From NCBI GenBank assembly GCA_965116885.1, contig OZ220741.1, forward strand, positions 224,001 to 288,000: a stretch of DNA of 64,000 nucleotides, written 5' to 3'. Below, one piece after another: positions 50,708 through 60,609 of this stretch (position 1 is the stretch's first letter; every line of letters begins with the position of its first letter). The notes beneath the pieces were generated by a model. It saw only the letters and a list, made by a program, of their open reading frames with translations, ran no database searches and was not told where the DNA came from. This DNA comes from Candidatus Latescibacterota bacterium (lineage in GTDB: Bacteria; Latescibacterota; UBA2968). A program made the translations under genes and the position numbers.

Positions 50708-51433
50708 GTGAGTGATTTGCTACAAATCGCATCGCCAATTTTACCCGAAGAGACCCGCGCTCGCTTAAACGCAGTGTACGCACAGGTTCCCGCTGTATCT
50801 TGTGCCGGTTGCGATGCCCCGGGAAGCTGCTGCGAACTGACAGATGCCGAATACAACGACAATTTTGCAACCATGTATCCGCTTTACGCCGTCGAATACA
50901 TCAACATCATAGATTACGTGCGCTCGCACTTTGATCCCCAAAAACAGCGCGAATTGCTAAACACAGTCGAAGAACGCCCGCGCCGTTGTCCGTTCTTAAC
51001 ACCCGAAGGCGGCTGCTCGATCCACCCAGCGCGCCCCCTGACATGTCGCACCTACGGTATTTTGAACCAGGTCTCGCAGGTCAACGCCACGGCTGAATCC
51101 GCACGCGACCAGGTACCCTATCAATGGATATCATCCTTCTTATCCACAGAGCGATACACAGTATGTCCAAAAACAAAATTACAAGAAACCGACAAAGTCA
51201 ATGCACACATGAAAGCAATGGTATCCATGGAATACGAGCGCGAATTGATCTATCTGTCTGACACACTCAACTGGCTGGACGCAGACCGTCGCAAACTATT
51301 CCAGCAAATAACAAAAAAAACCCACCCCACGCGGTGGACGTGGGGTGGGTTTAACGCACTCGCCCAAAAACCATTGAAATGGGTAAAACACCACTTTGCA
51401 AATCTCTGGAAATCATCTTTTTTAGGGGAGTAA
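50708..51433 (+). CDS. YkgJ-like cysteine cluster protein
   Basis: CAGC....CC, CPFL...GCSIH.ARPLTCR.YG. Confidence 0.85.
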   Translation: MSDLLQIASPILPEETRARLNAVYAQVPAVSCAGCDAPGSCCELTDAEYNDNFATMYPLYAVEYINIIDYVRSHFDPQKQRELLNTVEERPRRCPFLTPEGGCSIHPARPLTCRTYGILNQVSQVNATAESARDQVPYQWISSFLSTERYTVCPKTKLQETDKVNAHMKAMVSMEYERELIYLSDTLNWLDADRRKLFQQITKKTHPTRWTWGGFNALAQKPLKWVKHHFANLWKSSFLGE

Positions 51434-51443
51434 AAGGAAACAC

Positions 51444-52391
51444 CTAATACCCCTTCTCCTTATCCACCACATTCTGCAGCGCCTCACCCCTCACATACCT
51501 GTGTAAATTATCCACAAACCGCACCATAGCGCGCCTCCGAATATGTTGTGAAGACCCCGCGCTATGCGATGTCAAAATCACATTGGGTTCGGTCCACAGC
51601 GGACTATCTTCCGGACAGGGTTCCGTATAAGTCACATCCAGCCCAATACCCGCCAGTTTGCCCGACCGCAACGCCGCGACCATAGCCTCCTCATCCACCA
51701 CCTTTCCCCGACTCACATTGACGAGCAAACTACCCTCCATCAACCGGTCAAACATGTCACCCGACAGCATCTTATGCGTTTCCGCCGTACTGGGACAACA
51801 CACCATAACCACATTGGACTGCGACATAAGTTCAGGTAAATAATCCATCTTTTCCAACCGATCCACAGAATCCGGACACGCCATATCCTCGGGATCGACC
51901 GCAATAACCCGAAACTCAAACGCCTTTGCGCGGTCTGCAATCGCCCGTCCAATGCCGCCCAATCCAATAATACCCATCGTCATCCCCGCCAGTTCCAAAC
52001 ACGGCACGCGCTCCCAGTGCTTGCGCTTCATAAACTCCAACTGCGTATGAATCTGTCGCGTCAACGCCAGCAAAAGAGCAAACCCATGCTCTGCAATCTG
52101 CGGACCGAACAATCCCCCCGCATTGGTCAAAACCATATCGCTATTCTTAAATTTTTCATACAAATGCCCTTCGGCCCCCGCATGGGGCTGCTGAACCCAC
52201 TTCAACGCATCTGCGTGATCAAAATCGGATTCCGGAAGCCGTCCAAAAAGCACTTCCACACCCGACAAATAATCGGCCTGCTTTTCCCCCTCCGGCAAAA
52301 AAATCACCTCAACCTCAGAAGGCGCACCTTCTAACAACGCCTCAACATCCTCTGAATACCGACTGCCAATCAACGTGCGAACCATGCTCAT
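51444..52391 (-). CDS. D-2-hydroxyacid dehydrogenase family protein
   Basis: IAEH, GLGGIG, NVSRG.VVDE, LDV..EP, SH.AG. Confidence 0.92.
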   Translation of the reverse strand: MSMVRTLIGSRYSEDVEALLEGAPSEVEVIFLPEGEKQADYLSGVEVLFGRLPESDFDHADALKWVQQPHAGAEGHLYEKFKNSDMVLTNAGGLFGPQIAEHGFALLLALTRQIHTQLEFMKRKHWERVPCLELAGMTMGIIGLGGIGRAIADRAKAFEFRVIAVDPEDMACPDSVDRLEKMDYLPELMSQSNVVMVCCPSTAETHKMLSGDMFDRLMEGSLLVNVSRGKVVDEEAMVAALRSGKLAGIGLDVTYTEPCPEDSPLWTEPNVILTSHSAGSSQHIRRRAMVRFVDNLHRYVRGEALQNVVDKEKGY

Positions 52392-52408
52392 AGTCTCCTT
52401 GCAATCAC

Positions 52409-52432
52409 GGGCGAGGCATGCCTCGCCCCTAC
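52409..52432. repeat. Family B REP
   Basis: Identical to 1697-1720. Confidence 0.75.
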
Positions 52433-52529
52433 GGTTGTGCTGAATGCTTGTTTTGTTGACCTTCTCATGGTACAAAAAGAAAACGCCACCGCAAAGTATT
52501 TCCGGTGGCGTTCTGGATAATATCTATTA

Positions 52530-54218
52530 TCAAAGATACCGTTTGATGAGATCGGCAATATCCCCATACCCTTTTTTCTCTGCCCAAGCGAGTGGCGTTG
52601 CCCAATCAGCACCCGCCAGTGTGGGATCGGCACCGCGCTCGAGATAGAGACGCGCGAGATCGTACTTGCCCCATCGCGCAGCCCAGCCAAGCGGTGAAGA
52701 TTGCAAAAGCTCATCAATCACATCGAGATCTGCACCATAGTCGAGGAGAATTGTCGCAAAAGCGACGCGCTCGGCTTCGGTCATAATCACCTCTCCCCAC
52801 ACAACGCCACACGCCGCCAGGTGATGCGCAAGGCGATACCCGAAACGCCCGACCAGATTGGGACTGACGCCATGGTCGAGAATCATGCGAAAAATCTCGG
52901 GATAGACCGTGCGATCAAAATCCCGGAACTTGCGATGAGGGTGCGTGCGCCACAGGCGAATTGGCTGCTCGAGCAAGCCAAACCAGCGACCGTCATCGGG
53001 AGCCCACTCGAGTTGACGCAAACACATCCCCACAATATTGGGATCGCCCCCACAGCCCGCAGCCCACAAAAGCCTCTCTGCAAGAGAAGAATCATTGTGA
53101 AGCGCAACCGCAGCGGCAGACGTCTCGCCCTCAAGACCAGCAGTGATGTGATCCAAAACCCCACCGTATCTAAACAGCAACCCCTTCATCTTATCGTCGC
53201 GATTATTATACGCAGCCGCTATGGGATTGCCACTCGCGTAAATACTCGCATTGGGATCGGCACCGCGCTCGAGCAAAAGCTCGACAATCTCATACTGCGA
53301 GTGCCCCGCCGCATGAGCCAGCGGTTGGCCCCATGAATAGGGCTTAGACTCATAGTGATGAAGTTGATATCTGTCGTCGGGATCGAGACCCAGATCCAGC
53401 AGCAAACGCACCATATCGAGATTGTCACTTTGCACAGCAATCTGCAAAAGACCGTCTCGCTCGCTATCATTGGACTGAAAGCGTTCGGGATGTTGTCTCT
53501 TATACTCTTGAACAAAACCAAGATCCCCAAGCGCGACAGCAGACTCAAGCGATTGCTCGCAACCGGCCTGAAGGAGAATACCCGCACAAATCAAACACCC
53601 CTCATTGAGCGGCCTGTTGCGACCGCGAATATTGTGAACAGCACCGTCGAGAGGCGATTGACCCTCGGGCGTGAGATGCGTGATATCCGCACCGCGCTTG
53701 AGCAGATATTGAACAAGCTCATAATTTCCAAGAGATGCACCCGTGTGAATCACACTACCGCCATTGCGATGGCAGGCGTTGATCAAATCGGGATTCTTAT
53801 AGAGAATTTCCACGGTCTCCATCATCCGCCCCTCACGAATAGCCTCAAAAAGCGCGTCATTCTCCTCCGTAATGGTAATATTCTCGCAAGCCGCGAGTTT
53901 GCGTTTCTCATCTTCCTCTCGCAAAATCTCAACAATATCATCCATGCCGCGTTCATCCGCTATAGTAAACGCATCCGTGGCATCGCGGTGAGGATAAATA
54001 CCCGACGTGTGATCTGCACCCGCCTCCATAAGAACGCGCACCGCATCTGCGTGCTGATTCATAACCGCGTAGTGAATGGCGAGATGCTCATTGTTTTCGG
54101 CCATATGCACATTGACCAGATCGGGTTGCACATCGAGAATCTGACGAATCTTGGCGACATCGCCCTCACTTGCGGCTTCGCATAAATCCGCGACTTGATA
54201 AGTTCCATTTGTATCCAT
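52530..54218 (-). CDS. Ankyrin repeat protein
   Basis: Multiple PL..AA..G...V.LLL.RGAD repeats. Confidence 0.9.
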   Translation of the reverse strand: MDTNGTYQVADLCEAASEGDVAKIRQILDVQPDLVNVHMAENNEHLAIHYAVMNQHADAVRVLMEAGADHTSGIYPHRDATDAFTIADERGMDDIVEILREEDEKRKLAACENITITEENDALFEAIREGRMMETVEILYKNPDLINACHRNGGSVIHTGASLGNYELVQYLLKRGADITHLTPEGQSPLDGAVHNIRGRNRPLNEGCLICAGILLQAGCEQSLESAVALGDLGFVQEYKRQHPERFQSNDSERDGLLQIAVQSDNLDMVRLLLDLGLDPDDRYQLHHYESKPYSWGQPLAHAAGHSQYEIVELLLERGADPNASIYASGNPIAAAYNNRDDKMKGLLFRYGGVLDHITAGLEGETSAAAVALHNDSSLAERLLWAAGCGGDPNIVGMCLRQLEWAPDDGRWFGLLEQPIRLWRTHPHRKFRDFDRTVYPEIFRMILDHGVSPNLVGRFGYRLAHHLAACGVVWGEVIMTEAERVAFATILLDYGADLDVIDELLQSSPLGWAARWGKYDLARLYLERGADPTLAGADWATPLAWAEKKGYGDIADLIKRYL

Positions 54219-54360
54219 ATTGGTTCCTTTCCCGAATGTCAGTACACAATATCTTCACATCTTCTATGATGAAAATTATAGTGAACATTTGTATATCTGT
54301 CAAGAGCAGTTCTGCATCACTGATTGTATTGGCACATAATGGATTTCAACCTTTTTTTGC

Positions 54361-56733
54361 TTATTCACATCGCAATATATCAACGGGATTGGTACGCGCT
54401 GTTTTCCAGGCGAGGCATCCTGCTGTTAAAACAGCAATAAAAAGCAGAACTGCTATACTCAAAAGAAACGGCCAAACCGCGAGATCAATCTGATAGGCAA
54501 AATTCTGCAACCAGTCCCGCATCAAAAAATATCCAACCGGACACGCAATTGTGCCCGCGAACACAGCGAGCCTGGCAAAATCCTGGCTAATCAAAACGAC
54601 GAGATGGGATACCGGAGCACCCAGCACCTTGCGAATACCAATTTCTCGGGCACGCTGTTCAGCGGCAAAAGCCGCCAGACCCGCCAGACCCAGACAGGCC
54701 AGCACAATGGCGACAATTGCAGACCGCGTAAAAATATGCCCCTGGCGTTGTTCCCGTCGGTATTTGGAATCGATATAATCGTCGATAAAAAAGAATTCAA
54801 AAGGCCGCGTCGGGATAAAATGCATCCAGGTCTCTTCGACAAAAGCCATCGTCTTCCGAATACGGTCGGGTTTAATCTTGAGATGCAAGTACTTCAAATC
54901 CGCACCCGCCGCAGACAAAACCACAGGCCCCAGAGGCTCTCTGAGAGAACGCACATGAAAATCTCCCATCACGCCAATAACCTGCGCGGGTCTCTCCCCA
55001 ATCATCAGCATACACCCCAGAGGATCTGCCCAACCAAATCGCTTTACAGCAGTCTCATTTACCACCACCTGCATCGCGGCCGCGTCCTCTGTCACCTGCT
55101 CCGCATAAGCCTGTGAAAAACTTCGACCCACGAGCATCGGAATATTGTAACACGTAAGAAAATTCTCATTCGCCCGAAAAACGCGCACTTCAACCTCTCG
55201 ATCAGGCCTTTCAACATCCGACGCAAAACGTCGGCTCGGCCAACTGTGTCCGGGCAGATCCAAGCTCGTACCCGCTACAATAATATCGGGATGCTGAAGA
55301 AATCGCTGTTTGACCGCATTATATTGACCATTCAAGTGGATCTGCTCCGCATCCGGACCAAAAATTTTCACCACGACAATCTCATCGCGATCAAAACCCA
55401 GGTATTTGCCCTGCACCAGATCCATCTGCTGATAGACCACGAGCGTAGATGCAATGAGAATAGCAGACACCGCAAATTGCACCACCACGAGACCTTTGCG
55501 CAGCCAGAGATCTCCTGGAAGCCTGTTGCGCAACCCCTTCAGCGCATCGACGGGCTGCTGCGCCGAAAGATAAAAAGCGGGATAACTTCCCGAAACCAGA
55601 GCAGTAACCAGCGCAATGCCCCCAATCCACAAAACATGATCAGAAATATTAAAAACAAGTGGTTGATCCATCAGACCTGAAAATTGCGGCAAAAGCAACA
55701 CCGTCAATCCAAAAGATATGGGCAACGCAACCCCCGTAAACAACACAGACTCGCACAAAAACTGCCCCATAATATGTTGCCGGCGCGCCCCCACAACCAT
55801 TCGCAGACCAATTTCGCGGGCGCGAATAGCTGAACGCGCAGTAGCCAGATTCATAAAATTGATACAGGCGATGAGCAAAATACCCACGCCCAGAACAGAC
55901 AGGGGATAGAGATCGCGAACATCCCGATACGGCATCCCTCCATCACCCGTAAAACCCGCCAGATCAATCCTGGAATACAGATGGATGCGCGGCAGAGCCT
56001 GGAGATGATAAGTCGCCTCCGATTCAGAGGGAAAGCGGACAGCAAGCGCATGCTCAAGAGCCTCAACATCTGCATCGGGACGCAAACGCACGTAAATCGG
56101 CGCAGCGCGTATCGCCCAGTTATCGGACGCAAAAAAAGTCACACTATCAAACTCCAACCGCGTATTGGTGGGGCGATCTTTCATCACGGCAACAACCGTA
56201 AATACCTGCTGAAATGTCTCGCGCTGCACCTCAACGGTGCGACCAATGGGGTCTGCATTACCATAGAGCTTATCGGCAACGCCCTGCGTTAAAACAATGG
56301 ACGCATCTCGGCGTTTGAGCGCAGTAGTATCCCCTCGAATAATATCCAGACCAAAGAAATCCACAACATCTCCATCAACCGGACAAAGGCGCTGTTGAAA
56401 CAATCGGTCCTCCGCGCGAAACCAGGACGTAATGCGGCGGAACTGAACAACCGCCTCGACCTCGGGATATTCATCGCGCAAATGCACGGCAATCTCTGAA
56501 GAAAGAGCGCCGCGCCATTCGACTTGCCCCCGCGCATCTATATCCCTCTTCATAATTCGATAAACCCGGTCAGCGTGGGGTCGAAAGGCATCGTAGCTCA
56601 TCTCGTAGCGTATAGAAAGCATAATGAGCACAGCACACGTCAATCCAATAGCCAGACTACTCAGGCTAATAATCGCATAGAACTTGTGACGCATCGCGTT
56701 GCGAATCGCAACTGTCAGAAAATTGTAGAACAT
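54361..56733 (-). CDS. ABC transporter permease (MacB/FtsX type)
   Basis: ACINFMNLATARS..RAREIG, REIGIRKVLGA, NPVD.LR.E. Confidence 0.9.
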   Translation of the reverse strand: MFYNFLTVAIRNAMRHKFYAIISLSSLAIGLTCAVLIMLSIRYEMSYDAFRPHADRVYRIMKRDIDARGQVEWRGALSSEIAVHLRDEYPEVEAVVQFRRITSWFRAEDRLFQQRLCPVDGDVVDFFGLDIIRGDTTALKRRDASIVLTQGVADKLYGNADPIGRTVEVQRETFQQVFTVVAVMKDRPTNTRLEFDSVTFFASDNWAIRAAPIYVRLRPDADVEALEHALAVRFPSESEATYHLQALPRIHLYSRIDLAGFTGDGGMPYRDVRDLYPLSVLGVGILLIACINFMNLATARSAIRAREIGLRMVVGARRQHIMGQFLCESVLFTGVALPISFGLTVLLLPQFSGLMDQPLVFNISDHVLWIGGIALVTALVSGSYPAFYLSAQQPVDALKGLRNRLPGDLWLRKGLVVVQFAVSAILIASTLVVYQQMDLVQGKYLGFDRDEIVVVKIFGPDAEQIHLNGQYNAVKQRFLQHPDIIVAGTSLDLPGHSWPSRRFASDVERPDREVEVRVFRANENFLTCYNIPMLVGRSFSQAYAEQVTEDAAAMQVVVNETAVKRFGWADPLGCMLMIGERPAQVIGVMGDFHVRSLREPLGPVVLSAAGADLKYLHLKIKPDRIRKTMAFVEETWMHFIPTRPFEFFFIDDYIDSKYRREQRQGHIFTRSAIVAIVLACLGLAGLAAFAAEQRAREIGIRKVLGAPVSHLVVLISQDFARLAVFAGTIACPVGYFLMRDWLQNFAYQIDLAVWPFLLSIAVLLFIAVLTAGCLAWKTARTNPVDILRCE

Positions 56734-56739
56734 GGAAAC

Positions 56740-57588
56740 TCAGGGAAAGCGACCAGCGTGTTGATAGACGCGGTCGCCGTGTGCCATAAGCATCTCGTTT
56801 TCTTCAGGATTGGGCGCCCGCCAATCATCCAACAGTGAAAAATCGTGCTCAAGCTCCGCGCGGTCATTGGGCGCTGCAATCGCAATGGCGACAGAGGGAT
56901 AGGCCAGCGCAAAGCGGTACCACTCTCTTGCGGGTGGCGGTATAAAATTGGGCGGATCATCCGGCGTGGACTTCATCAAAGCGCCCCAGCGCAGGCAGGT
57001 ATAAACAACCACCGGAATACTGATCGGATCGGTCAAAGGGAACACATCCTCTTCTGCCCCGCGGTGGGCGGCATTGTAGCGGAGCATAAGCATATCCAGA
57101 GGACGGGACGCAACCTGTTCAGGCGCTCTGAGTTCACCCGTAGCAATGCACGCGGCCATATTGCGCTGGTGGCTGGTAAGGCCCAGAAAGCGCACTTTAC
57201 CCTGCTCGCGGGCGCGAGACATAGCTTCATAAGCACCCCCTTCAGACGCGATATCGCACCATTCACCTTCGCTCTCCACATAGTAAAACGTCACAACATC
57301 TATGTAATCCGTATTCAGCTCACACAACGCATCTTCAAGCTCCCGTTCAGCGCCTGAAGCAGTACGGGACTTGATCTGCCATGCCAGTACAATCTCCTCC
57401 CGTTCTGCACCCATACCCGCAACAGCGCTGCTCAAACCATCGGGACGACCGCACCAATTGAGATAGTTGACACCGCGTTCAACCGCATAACGGACATCGG
57501 CGGGGGACAAATGCGTATTGCCCCTCGTCGCCAAACCAAAGCGACAAAGAGGCGGCGTATTCTGATCAAATTGAAAAGTGCGTCGCAT
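56740..57588 (-). CDS. Aldo/keto reductase family protein
   Basis: A.E.GVNY, L..LNTDYID, GKVRFLG.TSH, RYN. Confidence 0.82.
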   Translation of the reverse strand: MRRTFQFDQNTPPLCRFGLATRGNTHLSPADVRYAVERGVNYLNWCGRPDGLSSAVAGMGAEREEIVLAWQIKSRTASGAERELEDALCELNTDYIDVVTFYYVESEGEWCDIASEGGAYEAMSRAREQGKVRFLGLTSHQRNMAACIATGELRAPEQVASRPLDMLMLRYNAAHRGAEEDVFPLTDPISIPVVVYTCLRWGALMKSTPDDPPNFIPPPAREWYRFALAYPSVAIAIAAPNDRAELEHDFSLLDDWRAPNPEENEMLMAHGDRVYQHAGRFP

Positions 57589-57687
57589 GGATTTCTCCCG
57601 AGATTGTTTAACGCAAATACACTGAACATATGGATAGTCTAATTTTGGTAAATGTCAAGGACAACACATAGATTTTAACGATGCAAT

Positions 57688-57718
57688 TTGACATCAAGTG
57701 TAAGTTGGCTATACTTGA
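57688..57718 (+). promoter_or_regulatory. Sigma70 promoter with overlapping inverted repeat (possible operator)
   Basis: TTGACA-N16-TATACT; TCAAGT...ACTTGA inverted repeat. Confidence 0.55.
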
Positions 57719-57758
57719 AAAGAAATTATTTTTCTTTTCTTATTACGAGCCATATTAT

Positions 57759-58019
57759 ATGCCAGAGATTTGTAGATTCTATGGAATCAGGATCGAGATG
57801 TTCTTTCTCGATCACGGAGTTCCACATTTTCATGTCCGCTATGGTGAATATACGGCAAAAATTGCCATTGAATCTCTGCAAATCATTCGAGGCGTATTGC
57901 CCAGAAGAGCATATCGTCTTGCCAAAGAATGGGCGATTCTCCATCGAGATGAACTCATGAGAAATTGGCAGCGCACGCAGGCAGGGCAGTCAGCATTTCC
58001 TATTGATCCATTGACTTAA
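57759..58019 (+). CDS. DUF4160 family protein (putative toxin)
   Basis: MPEICRFYGI.I.MF..DH..PHFH. Confidence 0.88.
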   Translation: MPEICRFYGIRIEMFFLDHGVPHFHVRYGEYTAKIAIESLQIIRGVLPRRAYRLAKEWAILHRDELMRNWQRTQAGQSAFPIDPLT

Positions 58020-58030
58020 AGGAGATGATC

Positions 58031-58348
58031 ATGTCTGATTCTGAAGAAATTATTCGCGTCGGTCAAGAGATACCCGAGGTCGCTTCTGTAAAAACGCGAA
58101 TGCCTTATACACTAATTGTAACCTTTGGGGATGGCACTTGTCGGGAAACCCTGTTGAATCCCGATGACCTGGTTGGCCTCATGGCCTCCTTAAAAGATCC
58201 TGATTACTTTGCTCGGGCATTTGTAGATACTCGCACCAGGACCGTTGCCTGGCCTAATGGGATCGATTTAGACCCTTGTGTGCTCTATGAGCCATCCTTG
58301 CGAACAAAAGTGAAACGAAAGCATATTGACAAAACACAATCCCTATGA
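58031..58348 (+). CDS. DUF2442 family protein (putative antitoxin)
   Basis: L.VTF.DG, L.DP.YF, TV.WPNG.DLDP..LY; adjacent to the DUF4160 gene. Confidence 0.85.
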   Translation: MSDSEEIIRVGQEIPEVASVKTRMPYTLIVTFGDGTCRETLLNPDDLVGLMASLKDPDYFARAFVDTRTRTVAWPNGIDLDPCVLYEPSLRTKVKRKHIDKTQSL

Positions 58349-59561
58349 AGCATTTCATATCAGGGAATTTCGGTTATACGCGCTGGGCTGGTTTGCCGCA
58401 TTGGTCGGCACACAAATTCAGAGTGCAGCCATAGGATGGGAAATGTATGCCCGCACCGGGCAAGCACTCGCGCTCGGCCTGGTAGGTCTGGCAATCGCAT
58501 TGCCCACAATGATCCTCGCACTCCCCGCGGGCTATCTCGCCGACCGCTTTAACCGGCGCACGGTCATGATGTTGAGCTTGACGGGCACGACATTAACCTC
58601 TCTGGGCCTTGCCACAGTATCCTGGAAACAGGGACCAATTGCCCTGATGTACGCCTTGCTCGTCGTCGATGCTGCAATAACCGTACTCGGTGCACCAGCA
58701 CGGCGGGCAATTGTACCCCAACTGGTACCGCGCGGGATATTTCCCAATGCCGTGGCGTGGAGTATGAGCTTGATGCAAATGGCGTGGGTAGTGGGACCCA
58801 TGATCGGAGGCCTTATCGCAGCAGTTTACGTACCTGCAGCGTACCTCGCAAGTGCCGGATGTACGGGATGGTTTCTATTGATACTATCCCGATTGCGCGT
58901 ACCGCCCGTAGAACGCGATAAAAACGCAGCGCGGATTTCACCGCTACAAAATCTGATGGGCGGGTTAGTATTTTTGAAGAACAACCGCTTGCTATTGTCG
59001 CTCATGGCACTGGACATGTTTGCCGTGCTCCTGGGCGGCGCCGTGTATTTATTACCAATTTACGCACAGGACATCTTAAATGTGGGATCCGAGGGATTTG
59101 GAATATTGCGATCAGCACCTGCGGTGGGAGCCCTGATAATGGCACTCACACTGGCACACCTGCCCCCGATGAAAAAAGCTGGCAGAAATCTGCTCCTCAC
59201 CGTAGCTGGATTTGGCATCGCAACCATTGTATTCGGAATATCGGAAAACTTCTGGTTGTCATTTGCGATGCTCGTATTGACCGGGGCATTTGACAACGTA
59301 AGCATGGTCATTCGACACACACTCGTACAGTTAATCACCCCCGATGCAATGCGCGGCAGGGTATCGGCTGTAAACGGGGTATTTGTGAGCGCGTCAAATG
59401 AACTGGGGGGCCTCGAATCTGGAGGTGTAGCGGAATTGTATGGACCTGTATTCTCAGTCGTAAGCGGCGGCATCGGAACACTATTAGTCACAGGTATAAC
59501 AGCAATAGCTTCCCCGAGCTTGAGAAAAGTAGGCGCACTGGATGAAGTGGAAGAAGGATAG
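58326..59561 (+). CDS. MFS transporter
   Basis: AG.LADRF.RR, ~12 TM, TPDAMRGRVS. Confidence 0.9.
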   Translation: MTKHNPYEAFHIREFRLYALGWFAALVGTQIQSAAIGWEMYARTGQALALGLVGLAIALPTMILALPAGYLADRFNRRTVMMLSLTGTTLTSLGLATVSWKQGPIALMYALLVVDAAITVLGAPARRAIVPQLVPRGIFPNAVAWSMSLMQMAWVVGPMIGGLIAAVYVPAAYLASAGCTGWFLLILSRLRVPPVERDKNAARISPLQNLMGGLVFLKNNRLLLSLMALDMFAVLLGGAVYLLPIYAQDILNVGSEGFGILRSAPAVGALIMALTLAHLPPMKKAGRNLLLTVAGFGIATIVFGISENFWLSFAMLVLTGAFDNVSMVIRHTLVQLITPDAMRGRVSAVNGVFVSASNELGGLESGGVAELYGPVFSVVSGGIGTLLVTGITAIASPSLRKVGALDEVEEG

Positions 59562-59606
59562 TGTTAAAGGAGGGATGTTGCTCAGACCTGGACCACAACC
59601 GCTGAT

Positions 59607-60545
59607 TTAGCCCCGCTTGATAACAACATAACTGATATCGTCATCGGGTGTGTTGAAAGCGATGAGGTCCTCTTTGATCGCGTAGAAAATTTCTTTGGCA
59701 GTCAGATCTCTGATCTCGTGAAGTTTTTGTTCGAGATAATGCGGCGCGTAAAACTCGCCATTTCGGTGATGTTCAACCAGACCATCCGTAAAAAGAATAA
59801 GAATATCGCCCGTGCCCATTAAATCCCATTCGTTAAGTTCGTACTCTTCCTTAAAACCGAGCACACTCTCATTGATATTGCGATCGATATCGCGTCCCGA
59901 GGGAAGCGTACCAATAGGTGGAGAGGCAATCATCCGATCTTCGGGCACATCTACAATACCTTTGTACTTGCGCGAATACACCAGCGGCATGGGATGCCCT
60001 GCCGACAGAAACTGGAAATGCCCTTCCTCAGATATCTCCCCGTAAATCATCGTAATAAATTTGCTGAGACTCGACGAATTGTAAAACCGCGTATTGAGAT
60101 TTTCAAACAACTTGGCCGTAATATTGCCATAATAATCCATCTCGTAAATCGCACCCATCAGAAAAGCCTGATGGAGCATCGCCGCAAGAAGCGCGTCCGT
60201 AATCTGATGCCCTGAAACATCGGCCACTGCCACACCGGCCTTAAAGCGACATTCCTCCAGCTTTTTGACAACATCATCCTGCCCGCGACCGCGGGCTTTT
60301 TCTATACGCGCATCGAGATCATAGCGCTTCTTAAAATCGACATAAACAATATGGTCGCCACCCACAATACCGTTGAGCGGAATGGTCTCACCGTAAATAT
60401 CAACCCCATCGAGCGCGGGTATTTCCCCCGGCAATGGTGTGACGTAGCGGGCAATATCCTGAAAATTATTCAACTCTCCCATGAGCATCTTCATGGAGTC
60501 ATTCACTTGCTGGAGACCCGTTTCGTCTATCTCATCAAAAGCCAT
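59607..60545 (-). CDS. Stand-alone PP2C/SpoIIE-type phosphatase
   Basis: VGGD, ADVSGH, SAGHP, FTDGL.E, DDIS. Confidence 0.85.
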   Translation of the reverse strand: MAFDEIDETGLQQVNDSMKMLMGELNNFQDIARYVTPLPGEIPALDGVDIYGETIPLNGIVGGDHIVYVDFKKRYDLDARIEKARGRGQDDVVKKLEECRFKAGVAVADVSGHQITDALLAAMLHQAFLMGAIYEMDYYGNITAKLFENLNTRFYNSSSLSKFITMIYGEISEEGHFQFLSAGHPMPLVYSRKYKGIVDVPEDRMIASPPIGTLPSGRDIDRNINESVLGFKEEYELNEWDLMGTGDILILFTDGLVEHHRNGEFYAPHYLEQKLHEIRDLTAKEIFYAIKEDLIAFNTPDDDISYVVIKRG

Positions 60546-60609
60546 GCATCCTCCGAAAAATATCGAGCCAAACACAACGCTTGAAAAGTAACCATTTGCC
60601 ACCCTCAAA

